Assembly (NCBI GenBank): GCA_051294905.1
Contig: CM119371.1
Coordinates: forward strand, 5,954,001 to 6,018,000
Direction of reading: 5' to 3'
DNA: 64,000 nt
From: Botryllus schlosseri
Taxonomy: Eukaryota
Position numbers and translations under genes: made by a program. The notes under the pieces are model-generated. The model ran no database searches, had not been told where the DNA came from, and was given only the letters and a program-made list of their open reading frames with translations. Below, in pieces: positions 1 through 12,900 of the stretch (positions are counted from its first letter, which is position 1; every line of letters begins with the position of its first letter).

Positions 1-92
1 TTAACAAGCAATTATGTATGTTTGTACCGAACCGTAATATACCCAATTCGCAATGCATCCGCATCTTTTATTAGCATGCGTCTTATTTACAG

Positions 93-451
93 TTGTACGG
101 ACAGCGGTCGATGGTCACCAGATCCACAAACCTTACCGTGCCATCAACGCTTTGCCCAAGATATGTGAAAGTAGTTTGCATGTTCTGTACCATGAACCAG
201 CTATTCAAGCTCTAGGCCTAGTCTGTTTACCAACTTGCGTACCGTAATGCATTCTGAATATTACTTTCTATTCTGGCAGCGGTATGATGTTTCGAAAAGG
301 GCTTGGTTGCTAAATGCACTTCAGACGTCGAATGGGAGCCTACTATCCCAGATACCGAATGTGAAGAGATGTACTGACCTGAATTGCCCGAAGTTAAAAA
401 CAAGGTCATCGACAAAGACGCAGATAAGTTTACGTGCAAGACCGCTGTGAG
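93..451 (+). pseudogene. Disrupted exon encoding parts of tandem sushi/CCP (SCR) domains
   Basis: Acceptor tatttacAG (91-92) and donor AG|GTACGT (451/452). Stitched frames read CTDSGRWSPDPQTLPCHQRF/(C)P...NITFYSGSGMMF/EKGLVAKCTSDVEWEPTIPDTECEEMY*PELPEVKNKVIDKDADKFTCKTAVR. This gives two C-x3-4-W-x7-8-C..CP junctions typical of CCP repeats. Needs at least two frameshifts, and has TGA where the first Cys of a domain is expected. Confidence 0.75.
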
Positions 452-1267
452 GTACGTGCAAAATATTCCGATTTGTAAACTTACAGTAATCAAATTTACT
501 CTAAAACAGTGTTGCTCAACAGTCGTCAGTGTCAACTGTACAGCTCGTCTGCCAAATATATATGAATTAGATCCTCAATTCCAAAATGTAAGAGGTTTAA
601 GGCTTATCCACTAATTGGAGAAATAAAATGTAATCTAACGCTTTCTGACATTATCTAGGGTTCATGGTCTACTTTTGACTTATATTATGTGACAATAATG
701 CAACTAGCCTAGCTCACATTTCGATTAGGACCAGTGACAGCTAAGAAAACTTTTCTAGCAGAATTTGTGAAAATTCGGCTGTACGATTTAACGGCATTTA
801 ACAGTAGGCCCATAATAGAATCTAGCAAACAGTGAAAAAGTAATTCTTTCAAGGGCAACCCAACAGTCAAATCGAGTTGTTGGTTTTAACAGGAGTTTAC
901 CTTGTAGAAAGGTCATTACATTCTGGGCTGATTATAATTGGCATCGGTATCAAAATTTCACTGGTCCGCCAGTTGGAAAAGGATTAAGATCACTATTGTA
1001 AAATTAATGGGAAGTCCTTGTGTCAATCAAGAGCAGCAGAGCATTTTATTTCCTGTTCCGAAGTAATGCAAGGGTAGGGTGTGACCAGTATTTATTGTGT
1101 CCACACATAATGATGATAATCATTTTCAGATACACTTGTGCAGTAGGCTACTGGTACAGCCCGGCGTGACCTGGAAAGAAGCGTTTTGCGAAAAGACTGC
1201 TTTCTGGAAGCCGAGCCCGACTGGGTTTGTTTGCATCGGTATGATTCTTGTGATCAATATTCATGAC

Positions 1268-1441
1268 CAATGTTCCCTCTAATTTTGGACGAGTCTGCGC
1301 ACACTCACCAACTCACCGCGCGGTCCCTTGGGCAAGAGTGCGTGACGACTAAAAAAATGGTCACTACTTCGGATTTTCTGTGCGTGGAGACCGTGTCAGC
1401 ACTGCGCAATTGCGCACATGCGCAGTTTAGAGGGGACATTG
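1268..1441. mobile_element. Short hAT-type MITE
   Basis: TIRs CAATGTTCCCTCTAA / TTAGAGGGGACATTG; flanked by the 8-mers TTCATGAC and ATCATGAC (7/8 match, TSD). Confidence 0.75.
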
Positions 1442-2162
1442 ATCATGACATTGGCTATTGTACTTTTGTACTAGATTAATTTATTACAGTTCTGCTGGAG
1501 CACTAAAAGATATGGTACTGAACTTTACACTCGTGAATATGGCATCGACGCAATTCTGCGCAGTACCCATTGCAGTGGCATTGACTTCATTTTTGAATTA
1601 TATTCAAAAGTTTCGCTATGCACTATCTCTGCACATCCGTCATTGTGAAATCGAGTGATGTTGGTCAGATATTGTTTCCAAATTACCTGTCTTAGCCGTC
1701 GAAGTCTCGAGTACTGGTCAAGTCAATAAATACACAAATTGCTTCAAGTCGAGTGATTCTCGAGTCAGACTTAAGTCATTACAACTCTGGAAATAACATT
1801 ACCAAGTTCTAGTCAATTACAAGTAGAAATAACAATTTCCACGACGTGTCTTGTCTTCTTTCTATTGCAATTTGTAGTGTTTTGAAATGATCAAATTTCT
1901 TATTAAATGCGGATTTCCAGAGAGAGCATGCATGGAGCCGGATCCAATCCCATTCACGGGGGAACGGGGAATGGGGAATGGGGAACATTTGAAAACGTTC
2001 TCTTTTGTATTATATTTGACTTCTGTATCAATTGTTATACGGCAGTATTCTAAAACTGTTACACTCCGACATTTACTGCCTTGTTTTCATCGTAAATATT
2101 CCTCCTTACGGTTAGTGGTTGGTGTAAGCTTGATGTAAATAGCTGTGCACCCAGAGTATAGT

Positions 2163-2470
2163 TTCGACTCAAGTCAAGTCATTTTCAATTCACCACCGAG
2201 TCAACTCCGAGTCGAAGTCGGTGAGTAGAGGGCTAAGCCCGAGTCATAGTGATGTGACTCGAGTCCAAGTCATCGTGTTCACTGTTTAGTTTTCAGTTCA
2301 ACCTACTCTTTCCAACTCTGCTCGAGTGATATGAAATGGCTCGCATTCATAATATCGTAACTTTTCTCTGTCCTAATAGGTTCCGGCCCTATTTTCTAAG
2401 TAGCAGGACTGATAGGCAAAATACCAATCATGTGTTGACTTTACTATTCTTCGAAGTTACAATGAAATAT
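2163..2470. mobile_element. Internal fragment of the GACTCGAGTC-rich MITE family B
   Basis: Co-linear similarity to ~35390-35700 (gtcattttcaattc...gagtcata...ttccaactct...actttactattcttcgaa). Confidence 0.65.
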
Positions 2471-2555
2471 TAGCTCTATTTCAGCCTGCTTGGAAATTTC
2501 TTTCAACGAGCGTCCATATTCCCTCTGCTATTTTTTTGTCTCCTCATCTAAACTA

Positions 2556-2820
2556 GATCGACCTATGCTGCAGAATCATCGTTGAATTTGCCGTACCACC
2601 GGCCGTCTCCAAAGAAGCTGCAAGATTTCATGTCCAGACCCGTGCTGCAGCCCGAGAAAAAAATCGAGGTAAGACCGAATCTCTGTTGCAAAGTTGAAAT
2701 GCAATGTACGTCAGTGAAGTTTTGATTCAGCATTTGGAGTGGTTGCGCTTAAATCAGAGCTCTATACCAAGGAGCGGAGAAACAATGTCTGCCGCAGACT
2801 TCTTCGAACTTCCGATCTAA
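2556..2820 (+). other. Two candidate terminal exons of an unidentified gene (~2556-2668 and ~2731-2820)
   Basis: Pyrimidine tract plus TAG acceptor, GAG|GTAAG donor, short intron, ttcAG acceptor. The spliced frame STYAAESSLNLPYHRPSPKKLQDFMSRPVLQPEKKIE|HLEWLRLNQSSIPRSGETMSAADFFELPI* is open, but a second frame is also open. Product not recognised. Confidence 0.35.
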
Positions 2821-3810
2821 TCAGTTTAACGGTTTTTGAGTAGTTCTAGTTCTAGTCGCGCATCAAAAAAAATCGTGGGTAAATTGTAACACCGGTGTTC
2901 TGTCTTGTGGTGTTCTTATAGCCATTGCTGGCTCAGAGTCATCACCGCTAGCAGTTGCGTAGCCAGGGGATGAGTTTTGGGGGTCAAAGCCCAACTCTGT
3001 ATTCTTTGATCTTCCTCTGCCTGTAAGCTATAAGCGAAATGTCTATAGTCCCGGTCTAGTAGTCACAGATTATAGTTCTCCGACCTCCTATTACCATGCC
3101 GTGACTAAAAATTACCGATATATTTTTTCTACATCAGGGCTGTCAAACGTACAGCCATTCTGAGCAAATTGAAAGGTTTTCGCAATATCCATCAAATTTC
3201 TAATAGAAGTTGAGATTTTTAGTGATAGATACTTGGCCATAAATATTATAATCCGTCAAGACAGCAAATGTTGAACATGTTCGATTGTTCGTAGGCCACA
3301 TTATAGCCATCTGTGGCAGTTTTGAGAACGCAAAAAGTACACACCAAGGTCAGAGTTTTCTGAAAAATGGGCCAAATAATAGTTACTCGTAGAGGCGGAA
3401 ACGACACGTTGAATGTAAAATACATGGAGAGTTAAATTCAAATATCTTTGGTCGCACTGCTGTTTTACCTTACTCAGACCCGAAATGTCTCCACAGAAAA
3501 TAGAATAGGGATTTGGTGATATAAAATATTGAACAAAATTTTGACGCCGGCGTTTACGATCTCATGTATTCCTCACTACAGATACTCAGGGCCAATGACG
3601 CATCTCGACTAAATCGAGGGAATTATAGAGATATTTCAACTCATATCCTCGTTAGAGTCAATGTTGTAATGGTTTATGAGTGTATTCAATTGGCCAATTA
3701 TCGTATTGCATTTCAAATACTCCAAGTCTCATCAGAAGTGAACTCCATCGAAATATCTTTTATGTCACCCACCATGCTGATGCTGATGTCTGTTTCAGGT
3801 GAAGCATTAG

Positions 3811-3969
3811 ACTTCAGATGACGATTTGCCCGACTTGGGCCGTCCCGATTCGAACCTCCCTGAAATCGAAACGTCCGCAGACACCAACGCAGAACATCAG
3901 ACAGCTGCCGATTGCGAGGAGGCCGTAGCTCCAGACGCTGAATTTCGTAACTTTCGAGGCTTCTCCTGA
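3811..3969 (+). other. Acidic 52-codon open frame (probable last exon or ORF end) that runs into the first satellite unit
   Basis: TSDDDLPDLGRPDSNLPEIETSADTNAEHQTAADCEEAVAPDAEFRNFRGFS*. GC-richer than its surroundings and preceded by AG acceptors (3797-98, 3809-10). The last codons and the TGA lie inside satellite unit 1. Confidence 0.45.
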
Positions 3970-6900
3970 TTGGTCAAACTGTTCAAAATATCAACAGCTT
4001 TGATTTTCTCTTAAATTTCGTAACCTTCAAGGCTTCGCCTGATTGGTCGGACTGTTTTAAATATCAACAGCTTTGATTTTCTCTTAAATTTCGTAACTTT
4101 CGAGCCATCGCCTGATTGGTCGGACTGTTCAAAATATCAACAGCTTTGATTTTCTCTTAAATTTCGTAACCTTCAAGGCTTCGCCTGATTGGTCGGACTG
4201 TTTTAAATATCAACAGCTTTGATTTTCTATTAAATTTCGTAATTTTCAAGGCTTCGCCTGATTGGTCGGACTGTTTTAAATATCAACAGCTTTGATTTTC
4301 TCTTAAATTTCGTAACCTTCAAGGCTTCGCCTGATTGGTCGGACTGTTCAAAATATCAACAACTTTGATTTTCTCTTAAATTTCGTAACCTTCAAGGCTT
4401 CGCCTGATTGGTCGGACTGTTCAAAATATCAACAACTTTGATTTTCTCTTAAATTTCGTAACCTTCGAGGCTTCGTGTGATTGGTCGGACTGTTTTAAAT
4501 ATCAACAGCTTTGATTTTCTATTAAATTTCGTAACCTTCGAGGCTTCGTGTGATTGGTCGGACTGTTTTAAATATCAACAGCTTTGATTTTCTCTTAAAT
4601 TTCGTAACCTTCGAGGCTTCGTGTGATTGGTCGGACTGTTCAAAATATCAACAACTTTGATTTTCTCTTAAATTTCGTAACCTTCGAGGCTTCGTGTGAT
4701 TGGTCGGACTGTTTTAAATATCAACAGCTTTGATTTTCTATTAAATTTCGTAACCTTCGAGGCTTCGTGTGATTGGTCGGACTGTTTTAAATATCAACAG
4801 CTTTGATTTTCTATTAAATTTCGTAACCTTCGAGGCTTCGTGTGATTGGTCGGACTGTTTTAAATATCAACAGCTTTGATTTTCTCTTAAATTTCGTAAC
4901 CTTCGAGGCTTCGTGTGATTGGTCGGACTGTTCAAAATATCAACAACTTTGATTTTCTCTTAAATTTCGTAACCTTCAAGGCTTCGCCTGATTGGTCGGA
5001 CCGTTTTAAATATCAACAGCTTTGATTTTCTCTTAAATTTCGTAACTTTCGAGCCATCGCCTGATTGGTCGGACTGTTCAAAATATCAACAACTTTGATT
5101 TTCTCTTAAATTTCGTAACCTTCAAGGCTTCGCCTGATTGGTCGGACTGTTTTAAATATCAACAGCTTTGATTTTCTCTTAAATTTCGTAACCTTCAAGG
5201 CTTCGCCTGATTGGTCGGACTGTTTTAAATATCAACAGCTTTGATTTTCTCTTAAATTTCGTAACCTTCAAGGCTTCGCCTGATTGGTCGGACTGTTCAA
5301 AATATCAACAGCTTTGATTTTCTCTTAAATTTCGTAACCTTCAAGGCTTCGCCTGATTGGTCGGACTGTTCAAAATATCAACAACTTTGATTTTCTCTTA
5401 AATTTCGTAACCTTCAAGGCTTCGCCTGATTGGTCGGACCGTTTTAAATATCAACAGCTTTGATTTTCTCTTAAATTTCGTAACCTTCAAGGCTTCGCCT
5501 GATTGGTCGGACTGTTCAAAATATCAACAGCTTTGATTTTCTCTTAAATTTCGTAACCTTCAAGGCTTCGCCTGATTGGTCGGACTGTTCAAAATATCAA
5601 CAACTTTGATTTTCTCTTAAATTTCGTAACCTTCAAGGCTTCGCCTGATTGGTCGGACTGTTCAAAATATCAACAGCTTTGATTTTCTCTTAAATTTCGT
5701 AACCTTCAAGGCTTCGCCTGATTGGTCGGACTGTTTTAAATATCAACAGCTTTGATTTTCTATTAAATTTCGTAACCTTCAAGGCTTCGCCTGATTGGTC
5801 GGACTGTTTTAAATATCAACAGCTTTGATTTTCTATTAAATTTCGTAACCTTCAAGGCTTCGCCTGATTGGTCGGACTGTTTTAAATATCAACAGCTTTG
5901 ATTTTCTCTCAAATTTCGTAACCTTCAAGGCTTCGCCTGATTGGTCGGACTGTTTTAAATATCAACAGCTTTGATTTTCTCTTAAATTTCGTAACCTTCA
6001 AGGCTTCGCCTGATTGGTCGGACTGTTTTAAATATCAACAGCTTTGATTTTCTATTAAATTTCGTAACCTTCAAGGCTTCGCCTGATTGGTCGGACTGTT
6101 TTAAATATCAACAGCTTTGATTTTCTCTTAAATTTCGTAACCTTCAAGGCTTCGCCTGATTGGTCGGACTGTTTTAAATATCAACAGCTTTGATTTTCTC
6201 TCAAATTTCGTAACTTTCGAGGCTTCGCCTGATTGGTCGGACTGTTTTAAATATCAACAGCTTTGATTTTCTCTTAAATTTCGTAACCTTCAAGGCTTCG
6301 CCTGATTGGTCGGACTGTTTTAAATATCAACAGCTTTGATTTTCTCTTAAATTTCGTAACCTTCAAGGCTTCGCCTGATTGGTCGGACTGTTTTAAATAT
6401 CAACAGCTTTGATTTTCTATTAAATTTCGTAACCTTCAAGGCTTCGCCTGATTGGTCGGACTGTTTTAAATATCAACAGCTTTGATTTTCTATTAAATTT
6501 CGTAATTTTCAAGGCTTCGCCTGATTGGTCGGACTGTTTTAAATATCAACAGCTTTGATTTTCTATTAAATTTCGTAACCTTCAAGGCTTCGCCTGATTG
6601 GTCAGACTGTTTTAAATATCAACAGCTTTGATTTTCTATTAAATTTCGTAACCTTCAAGGCTTCGCCTGATTGGTCGGACTGTTCAAAATATCAACAGCT
6701 TTGATTTTCTATTAAATTTCGTAACCTTCAAGGCTTCGCCTGATTGGTCGGACTGTTTTAAATATCAACAGCTTTGATTTTCTATTAAATTTCGTAACCT
6801 TCAAGGCTTCGCCTGATTGGTCGGACTGTTCAAAATATCAACAGCTTTGATTTTCTATTAAATTTCGTAACCTTCAAGGCTTCGCCTGATTGGTCGGACT

Positions 6901-9900
6901 GTTTTAAATATCAACAGCTTTGATTTTCTATTAAATTTCGTAACCTTCAAGGCTTCGCCTGATTGGTCAGACTGTTTTAAATATCAACAGCTTTGATTTT
7001 CTCTCAAATTTCGTAACTTTCGAGGCTTCGCCTGATTGGTCGGACTGTTTTAAATATCAACAGCTTTGATTTTCTCTTAAATTTCGTAACCTTCAAGGCT
7101 TCGCCTGATTGGTCGGACTGTTTTAAATATCAACAGCTTTGATTTTCTCTTAAATTTCGTAACCTTCAAGGCTTCGCCTGATTGGTCGGACTGTTTTAAA
7201 TATCAACAGCTTTGATTTTCTCTTAAATTTCGTAACCTTCGAGGCTTCGCCTGATTGGTCGGACTGTTTTAAATATCAACAGCTTTGATTTTCTATTAAA
7301 TTTCGTAATTTTCAAGGCTTCGCCTGATTGGTCGGACTGTTTAAATATCAACAGCTTTGATTTTCTATTAAATTTCGTAACCTTCAAGGCTTCGCCTGAT
7401 TGGTCGGACTGTTTTAAATATCAACAGCTTTGATTTTCTATTAAATTTCGTAACCTTCAAGGCTTCGCCTGATTGGTCGGACTGTTTTAAATATCAACAG
7501 CTTTGATTTTCTATTAAATTTCGTAACCTTCAAGGCTTCGCCTGATTGGTCGGACTGTTTTAAATATCAACAGCTTTGATTTTCTCTCAAATTTCGTAAC
7601 CTTCAAGGCTTCGCCTGATTGGTCGGACTGTTTTAAATATCAACAGCTTTGATTTTCTCTTAAATTTCGTAACCTTCGAGGCTTCGCCTGATTGGTCGGA
7701 CTGTTTTAAATATCAACAGCTTTGATTTTCTATTAAATTTCGTAATTTTCAAGGCTTCGCCTGATTGGTCGGACTGTTTAAATATCAACAGCTTTGATTT
7801 TCTATTAAATTTCGTAACCTTCAAGGCTTCGCCTGATTGGTCGGACTGTTTTAAATATCAACAGCTTTGATTTTCTATTAAATTTCGTAATTTTCAAGGC
7901 TTCGCCTGATTGGTCGGACTGTTTTAAATATCAACAGCTTTGATTTTCTATTAAATTTCGTAACCTTCAAGGCTTCGCCTGATTGGTCGGACTGTTTTAA
8001 ATATCAACAGCTTTGATTTTCTATTAAATTTCGTAACCTTCAAGGCTTCGCCTGATTGGTCGGACTGTTTTAAATATCAACAGCTTTGATTTTCTCTCAA
8101 ATTTCGTAACCTTCAAGGCTTCGCCTGATTGGTCGGACTGTTTTAAATATCAACAGCTTTGATTTTCTATTAAATTTCGTAACCTTCAAGGCTTCGCCTG
8201 ATTGGTCGGACTGTTTTAAATATCAACAGCTTTGATTTTCTCTTAAATTTCGTAACCTTCAAGGCTTCGCCTGATTGGTCGGACTGTTTTAAATATCAAC
8301 AGCTTTGATTTTCTCTTAAATTTCGTAACCTTCGAGGCTTCGCCTGATTGGTCGGACTGTTTTAAATATCAACAGCTTTGATTTTCTATTAAATTTCGTA
8401 ATTTTCAAGGCTTCGCCTGATTGGTCGGACTGTTTAAATATCAACAGCTTTGATTTTCTATTAAATTTCGTAACCTTCGAGGCTTCGCCTGATTGGTCGG
8501 ACTGTTTTAAATATCAACAGCTTTGATTTTCTATTAAATTTCGTAATTTTCAAGGCTTCGCCTGATTGGTCGGACTGTTTTAAATATCAACAGCTTTGAT
8601 TTTCTATTAAATTTCGTAACCTTCAAGGCTTCGCCTGATTGGTCGGACTGTTTTAAATATCAACAGCTTTGATTTTCTATTAAATTTCGTAACCTTCAAG
8701 GCTTCGCCTGATTGGTCGGACTGTTTTAAATATCAACAGCTTTGATTTTCTATTAAATTTCGTAATTTTCAAGGCTTCGCCTGATTGGTCGGACTGTTTT
8801 AAATATCAACAGCTTTGATTTTCTATTAAATTTCGTAACCTTCGAGGCTTCGTGTGATTGGTCGGACTGTTTTAAATATCAACAGCTTTGATTTTCTCTT
8901 AAATTTCGTAACCTTCGAGGCTTCGCCTGATTGGTCGGACTGTTTTAAATATCAACAGCTTTGATTTTCTATTAAATTTCGTAATTTTCAAGGCTTCGCC
9001 TGATTGGTCGGACTGTTTAAATATCAACAGCTTTGATTTTCTATTAAATTTCGTAACCTTCAAGGCTTCGCCTGATTGGTCGGACTGTTTTAAATATCAA
9101 CAGCTTTGATTTTCTATTAAATTTCGTAATTTTCAAGGCTTCGCCTGATTGGTCGGACTGTTTTAAATATCAACAGCTTTGATTTTCTATTAAATTTCGT
9201 AACCTTCAAGGCTTCGCCTGATTGGTCAGACTGTTTTAAATATCAACAGCTTTGATTTTCTATTAAATTTCGTAACCTTCAAGGCTTCGCCTGATTGGTC
9301 GGACTGTTTTAAATATCAACAGCTTTGATTTTCTATTAAATTTCGTAACCTTCAAGGCTTCGCCTGATTGGTCGGACTGTTTTAAATATCAACAGCTTTG
9401 ATTTTCTCTTAAATTTCGTAACCTTCGAGGCTTCGCCTGATTGGTCGGACTGTTTTAAATATCAACAGCTTTGATTTTCTATTAAATTTCGTAATTTTCA
9501 AGGCTTCGCCTGATTGGTCGGACTGTTTAAATATCAACAGCTTTGATTTTCTATTAAATTTCGTAACCTTCAAGGCTTCGCCTGATTGGTCGGACTGTTT
9601 TAAATATCAACAGCTTTGATTTTCTATTAAATTTCGTAACCTTCAAGGCTTCGCCTGATTGGTCGGACTGTTTTAAATATCAACAGCTTTGATTTTCTCT
9701 TAAATTTCGTAACCTTCAAGGCTTCGCCTGATTGGTCGGACTGTTTTAAATATCAACAGCTTTGATTTTCTCTTAAATTTCGTAACCTTCGAGGCTTCGC
9801 CTGATTGGTCGGACTGTTTTAAATATCAACAGCTTTGATTTTCTATTAAATTTCGTAATTTTCAAGGCTTCGCCTGATTGGTCGGACTGTTTAAATATCA

Positions 9901-12900
9901 ACAGCTTTGATTTTCTATTAAATTTCGTAACCTTCAAGGCTTCGCCTGATTGGTCGGACTGTTTTAAATATCAACAGCTTTGATTTTCTATTAAATTTCG
10001 TAATTTTCAAGGCTTCGCCTGATTGGTCGGACTGTTTTAAATATCAACAGCTTTGATTTTCTATTAAATTTCGTAACCTTCAAGGCTTCGCCTGATTGGT
10101 CGGACTGTTTTAAATATCAACAGCTTTGATTTTCTATTAAATTTCGTAACCTTCAAGGCTTCGCCTGATTGGTCGGACTGTTTTAAATATCAACAGCTTT
10201 GATTTTCTCTCAAATTTCGTAACCTTCAAGGCTTCGCCTGATTGGTCGGACTGTTTTAAATATCAACAGCTTTGATTTTCTATTAAATTTCGTAACCTTC
10301 AAGGCTTCGCCTGATTGGTCGGACTGTTTTAAATATCAACAGCTTTGATTTTCTCTTAAATTTCGTAACCTTCAAGGCTTCGCCTGATTGGTCGGACTGT
10401 TTTAAATATCAACAGCTTTGATTTTCTCTTAAATTTCGTAACCTTCGAGGCTTCGCCTGATTGGTCGGACTGTTTTAAATATCAACAGCTTTGATTTTCT
10501 ATTAAATTTCGTAATTTTCAAGGCTTCGCCTGATTGGTCGGACTGTTTAAATATCAACAGCTTTGATTTTCTATTAAATTTCGTAACCTTCGAGGCTTCG
10601 CCTGATTGGTCGGACTGTTTTAAATATCAACAGCTTTGATTTTCTATTAAATTTCGTAATTTTCAAGGCTTCGCCTGATTGGTCGGACTGTTTTAAATAT
10701 CAACAGCTTTGATTTTCTATTAAATTTCGTAACCTTCAAGGCTTCGCCTGATTGGTCGGACTGTTTTAAATATCAACAGCTTTGATTTTCTATTAAATTT
10801 CGTAACCTTCAAGGCTTCGCCTGATTGGTCGGACTGTTTTAAATATCAACAGCTTTGATTTTCTATTAAATTTCGTAATTTTCAAGGCTTCGCCTGATTG
10901 GTCGGACTGTTTTAAATATCAACAGCTTTGATTTTCTATTAAATTTCGTAACCTTCGAGGCTTCGTGTGATTGGTCGGACTGTTTTAAATATCAACAGCT
11001 TTGATTTTCTCTTAAATTTCGTAACCTTCAAGGCTTCGCCTGATTGGTCGGACTGTTTTAAATATCAACAGCTTTGATTTTCTATTAAATTTCGTAATTT
11101 TCAAGGCTTCGCCTGATTGGTCGGACTGTTTTAAATATCAACAGCTTTGATTTTCTATTAAATTTCGTAATTTTCAAGGCTTCGCCTGATTGGTCGGACT
11201 GTTTTAAATATCAACAGCTTTGATTTTCTATTAAATTTCGTAACCTTCGAGGCTTCGTGTGATTGGTCGGACTGTTTTAAATATCAACAGCTTTGATTTT
11301 CTCTTAAATTTCGTAACCTTCGAGGCTTCGCCTGATTGGTCGGACTGTTTTAAATATCAACAGCTTTGATTTTCTATTAAATTTCGTAATTTTCAAGGCT
11401 TCGCCTGATTGGTCGGACTGTTTAAATATCAACAGCTTTGATTTTCTATTAAATTTCGTAACCTTCAAGGCTTCGCCTGATTGGTCGGACTGTTTTAAAT
11501 ATCAACATCTTTGATTTTCTATTAAATTTCGTAATTTTCAAGGCTTCGCCTGATTGGTCGGACTGTTTTAAATATCAACAGCTTTGATTTTCTATTAAAT
11601 TTCGTAACCTTCAAGGCTTCGCTTGATTGGTCAGACTGTTTTAAATATCAACAGCTTTGATTTTCTATTAAATTTCGTAACCTTCAAGGCTTCGCCTGAT
11701 TGGTCGGACTGTTTTAAATATCAACAGCTTTGATTTTCTATTAAATTTCGTAACCTTCAAGGCTTCGCCTGATTGGTCAGACTGTTTTAAATATCAACAG
11801 CTTTGATTTTCTATTAAATTTCGTAACCTTCAAGGCTTCGCCTGATTGGTCAGACTGTTTTAAATATCAACAGCTTTGATTTTCTCTCAAATTTCGTAAC
11901 TTTCGAGGCTTCGCCTGATTGGTCGGACTGTTTTAAATATCAACAGCTTTGATTTTCTCTTAAATTTCGTAACCTTCAAGGCTTCGCCTGATTGGTCGGA
12001 CTGTTTTAAATATCAACAGCTTTGATTTTCTCTTAAATTTCGTAACCTTCAAGGCTTCGCCTGATTGGTCGGACTGTTTTAAATATCAACAGCTTTGATT
12101 TTCTCTTAAATTTCGTAACCTTCAAGGCTTCGCCTGATTGGTCGGACTGTTTTAAATATCAACAGCTTTGATTTTCTATTAAATTTCGTAACTTTCAAGG
12201 CTTCGCCTGATTGGTCGGACTGTTTTAAATATCAACAGCTTTGATTTTCTCTTAAATTTCGTAACCTTCGAGGCTTCGCCTGATTGGTCGGACTGTTTTA
12301 AATATCAACAGCTTTGATTTTCTATTAAATTTCGTAATTTTCAAGGCTTCGCCTGATTGGTCGGACTGTTATAAATATCAACAGCTTTGATTTTCTATTA
12401 AATTTCGTAATTTTCAAGGCTTCGCCTGATTGGTCGGACTGTTATAAATATCAACAGCTTTGATTTTCTATTAAATTTCGTAATTTTCAAGGCTTCGCCT
12501 GATTGGTCGGACTGTTTTAAATATCAACAGCTTTGATTTTCTATTAAATTTCGTAACCTTCAAGGCTTCGCCTGATTGGTCGGACTGTTTTAAATATCAA
12601 CAGCTTTGATTTTCTCTTAAATTTCGTAACCTTCAAGGCTTCGCCTGATTGGTCGGACTGTTTTAAATGTCAACAGCTTTGATTTTCTCTTAAATTTCGT
12701 AACTTTCGAGGCATCGCCTGATTGGTCGAACTGTTATAAATATCAACAGCTTTGATTTTCTCTTAAATTTCGTAACTTTCGAGGCTTCGCCTGATTGGTC
12801 GGACTGTTTTAAATATCAACAGCTTTGATTTTCTCTTAAATTTCGTAACCTTCAAGGCTTCGCCTGATTGGTCGGACTGTTTTAAATATCAACAGCTTTG

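Noticed and set aside
375..377. TGA at a conserved Cys position as selenocysteine
   Set aside because: The same exon carries frameshifts and other stops, so pseudogenisation is simpler; no SECIS evidence.
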